Source: Escherichia coli (GTDB lineage Bacteria > Pseudomonadota > Gammaproteobacteria > Enterobacterales > Enterobacteriaceae). Taken from it: 64,000 nt of DNA. The position numbers and the translations under genes were made by a program. Positions 63,517 to 64,000 of this stretch are shown here, one piece after another (position 1 is the first letter of the stretch; the number at the start of each line of letters is the position of its first letter). The notes below the pieces were generated by a model. It was not told the DNA's origin, searched no databases, and saw nothing but the letters and a program-made list of their open reading frames with translations. The stretch lies in the NCBI RefSeq assembly GCF_041248615.1, contig NZ_CP158426.1; one strand, given 5' to 3'.

Positions 63517-64000
63517 ATGGACGAAAAACAGTTACAGGCTCTGGCTAACGAACTGGCCAAAAACCTCAAAACCCCTGAAGACCTCAGTCAGTTTGATCGG
63601 CTGCTGAAAAAGCTCAGCGTTGAAGCCGCTCTCAATGCAGAGATGACACACCATCTTGGGTATGAGAAAAATCAGTCCAGACCAGGAGCTAACTCCCGCA
63701 ACGGTTATTCCACAAAGACCGTTATCACAGGCGACGGTCCACTGGAACTGCGTACTCCGCGCGATCGTGACGGTACCTTCGAACCACAACTGGTAAAGAA
63801 AAATCAGACCCGTATTACCGGGATGGATAACCAGATCCTCTCGTTGTATGCCAAAGGGATGACCACCCGTGAGATAGCCGCTGCGTTCAAAGAACTGTAT
63901 GACGCAGATGTTTCACCGGCACTGATATCAAAGGTTACCGATGCCGTGATGGAGCAGGTTGTAGAATGGCAAAACCGACCACTGGATGCTGTTTACCCCA
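63517..64000 (+). CDS. IS256-family transposase (IS1414-like), 3-prime truncated by window edge
   Basis: The ATG at 63517 opens a frame that runs to the window end: MDEKQLQALANELAKNLKTPEDLSQFDRLLKKLSVEAALNAEMTHHLGYEKNQSRPGANSRNGYSTKTV.... It is absent from the ORF track because there is no stop in the window. Confidence 0.85.
   Translation, partial: MDEKQLQALANELAKNLKTPEDLSQFDRLLKKLSVEAALNAEMTHHLGYEKNQSRPGANSRNGYSTKTVITGDGPLELRTPRDRDGTFEPQLVKKNQTRITGMDNQILSLYAKGMTTREIAAAFKELYDADVSPALISKVTDAVMEQVVEWQNRPLDAVYP

Noticed and set aside
63517-64000. EAST1 (astA) toxin ORF embedded in IS1414-type transposase genes
   Set aside because: As I recall, astA overlaps a more distal part of the transposase (around codon 250). 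That part lies beyond the window edge, so nothing here supports calling it.

Overview
This window reads as an Escherichia coli chromosome segment of the extraintestinal-pathogenic (ExPEC) type. I identified genes by recognising the translated ORFs and by motifs read directly from the sequence. No searches or computations were run.

Layout from left to right:
1. The hydrogenase-2 operon, hybA (5-prime truncated by the window edge) through hybG, at 1-5244.
2. A nested pair of IS3-family insertion sequences at 5270-7897. An IS911-like element sits inside an IS150-like element. Together they join hybG directly to the sslE promoter region. In my recollection of the K-12 map, about 15 genes (yghU through glcA) lie between these two loci.
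3. The sslE(yghJ)-pppA-yghG-gspC..M type II secretion cluster at 8359-24825. sslE carries a 1-nt frameshift in its proline-rich repeat.
4. A complete group 2 (kps) capsule locus at about 24.8-40.9 kb. kpsMT and kpsFEDUCS are conserved. The serotype-specific region 2 is strongly AT-rich and holds only two genes: a 1169-aa multidomain putative polymerase and a 332-aa alpha/beta-hydrolase-TPR protein.
5. A junction at 40.9-41.5 kb with an IS110-family transposase remnant and a degenerate copy of the tRNA-Phe 3-prime end.
6. A CP4-44-like genomic island module on the minus strand at 41.5-53.1 kb. It runs DUF4942, yeeW-like, cbtA/cbeA-like toxin-antitoxin, yeeT-, radC-, antirestriction-, DUF932- and DUF905-like genes, antigen 43 and a yeeP-like GTPase. 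Antigen 43 is split by an IS21-family element that has a clean 6-bp target duplication.
7. A LysR, secreted hydrolase and NepI-like MFS cargo module at 53.2-56.8 kb.
8. A 2.4-kb stretch at 56.85-59.26 kb with no intact ORF.
9. An AlpA-containing block at 59.3-63.4 kb with two orphan genes, one of them a ribbon-helix-helix fusion. It also holds a 1.4-kb noncoding region with phased 13-bp repeats and a YfjJ/YagK (inovirus Gp2-like) gene.
10. The start of an IS256-family transposase running off the window edge.

The best candidates for something undescribed are the two-gene capsule region 2 and the RHH-orphan, repeat-array and Gp2-like block. A repeated palindrome in the kpsM leader region is a third candidate. 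All functional interpretations of these candidates are hypotheses that need database, structure-prediction or wet-lab checks.
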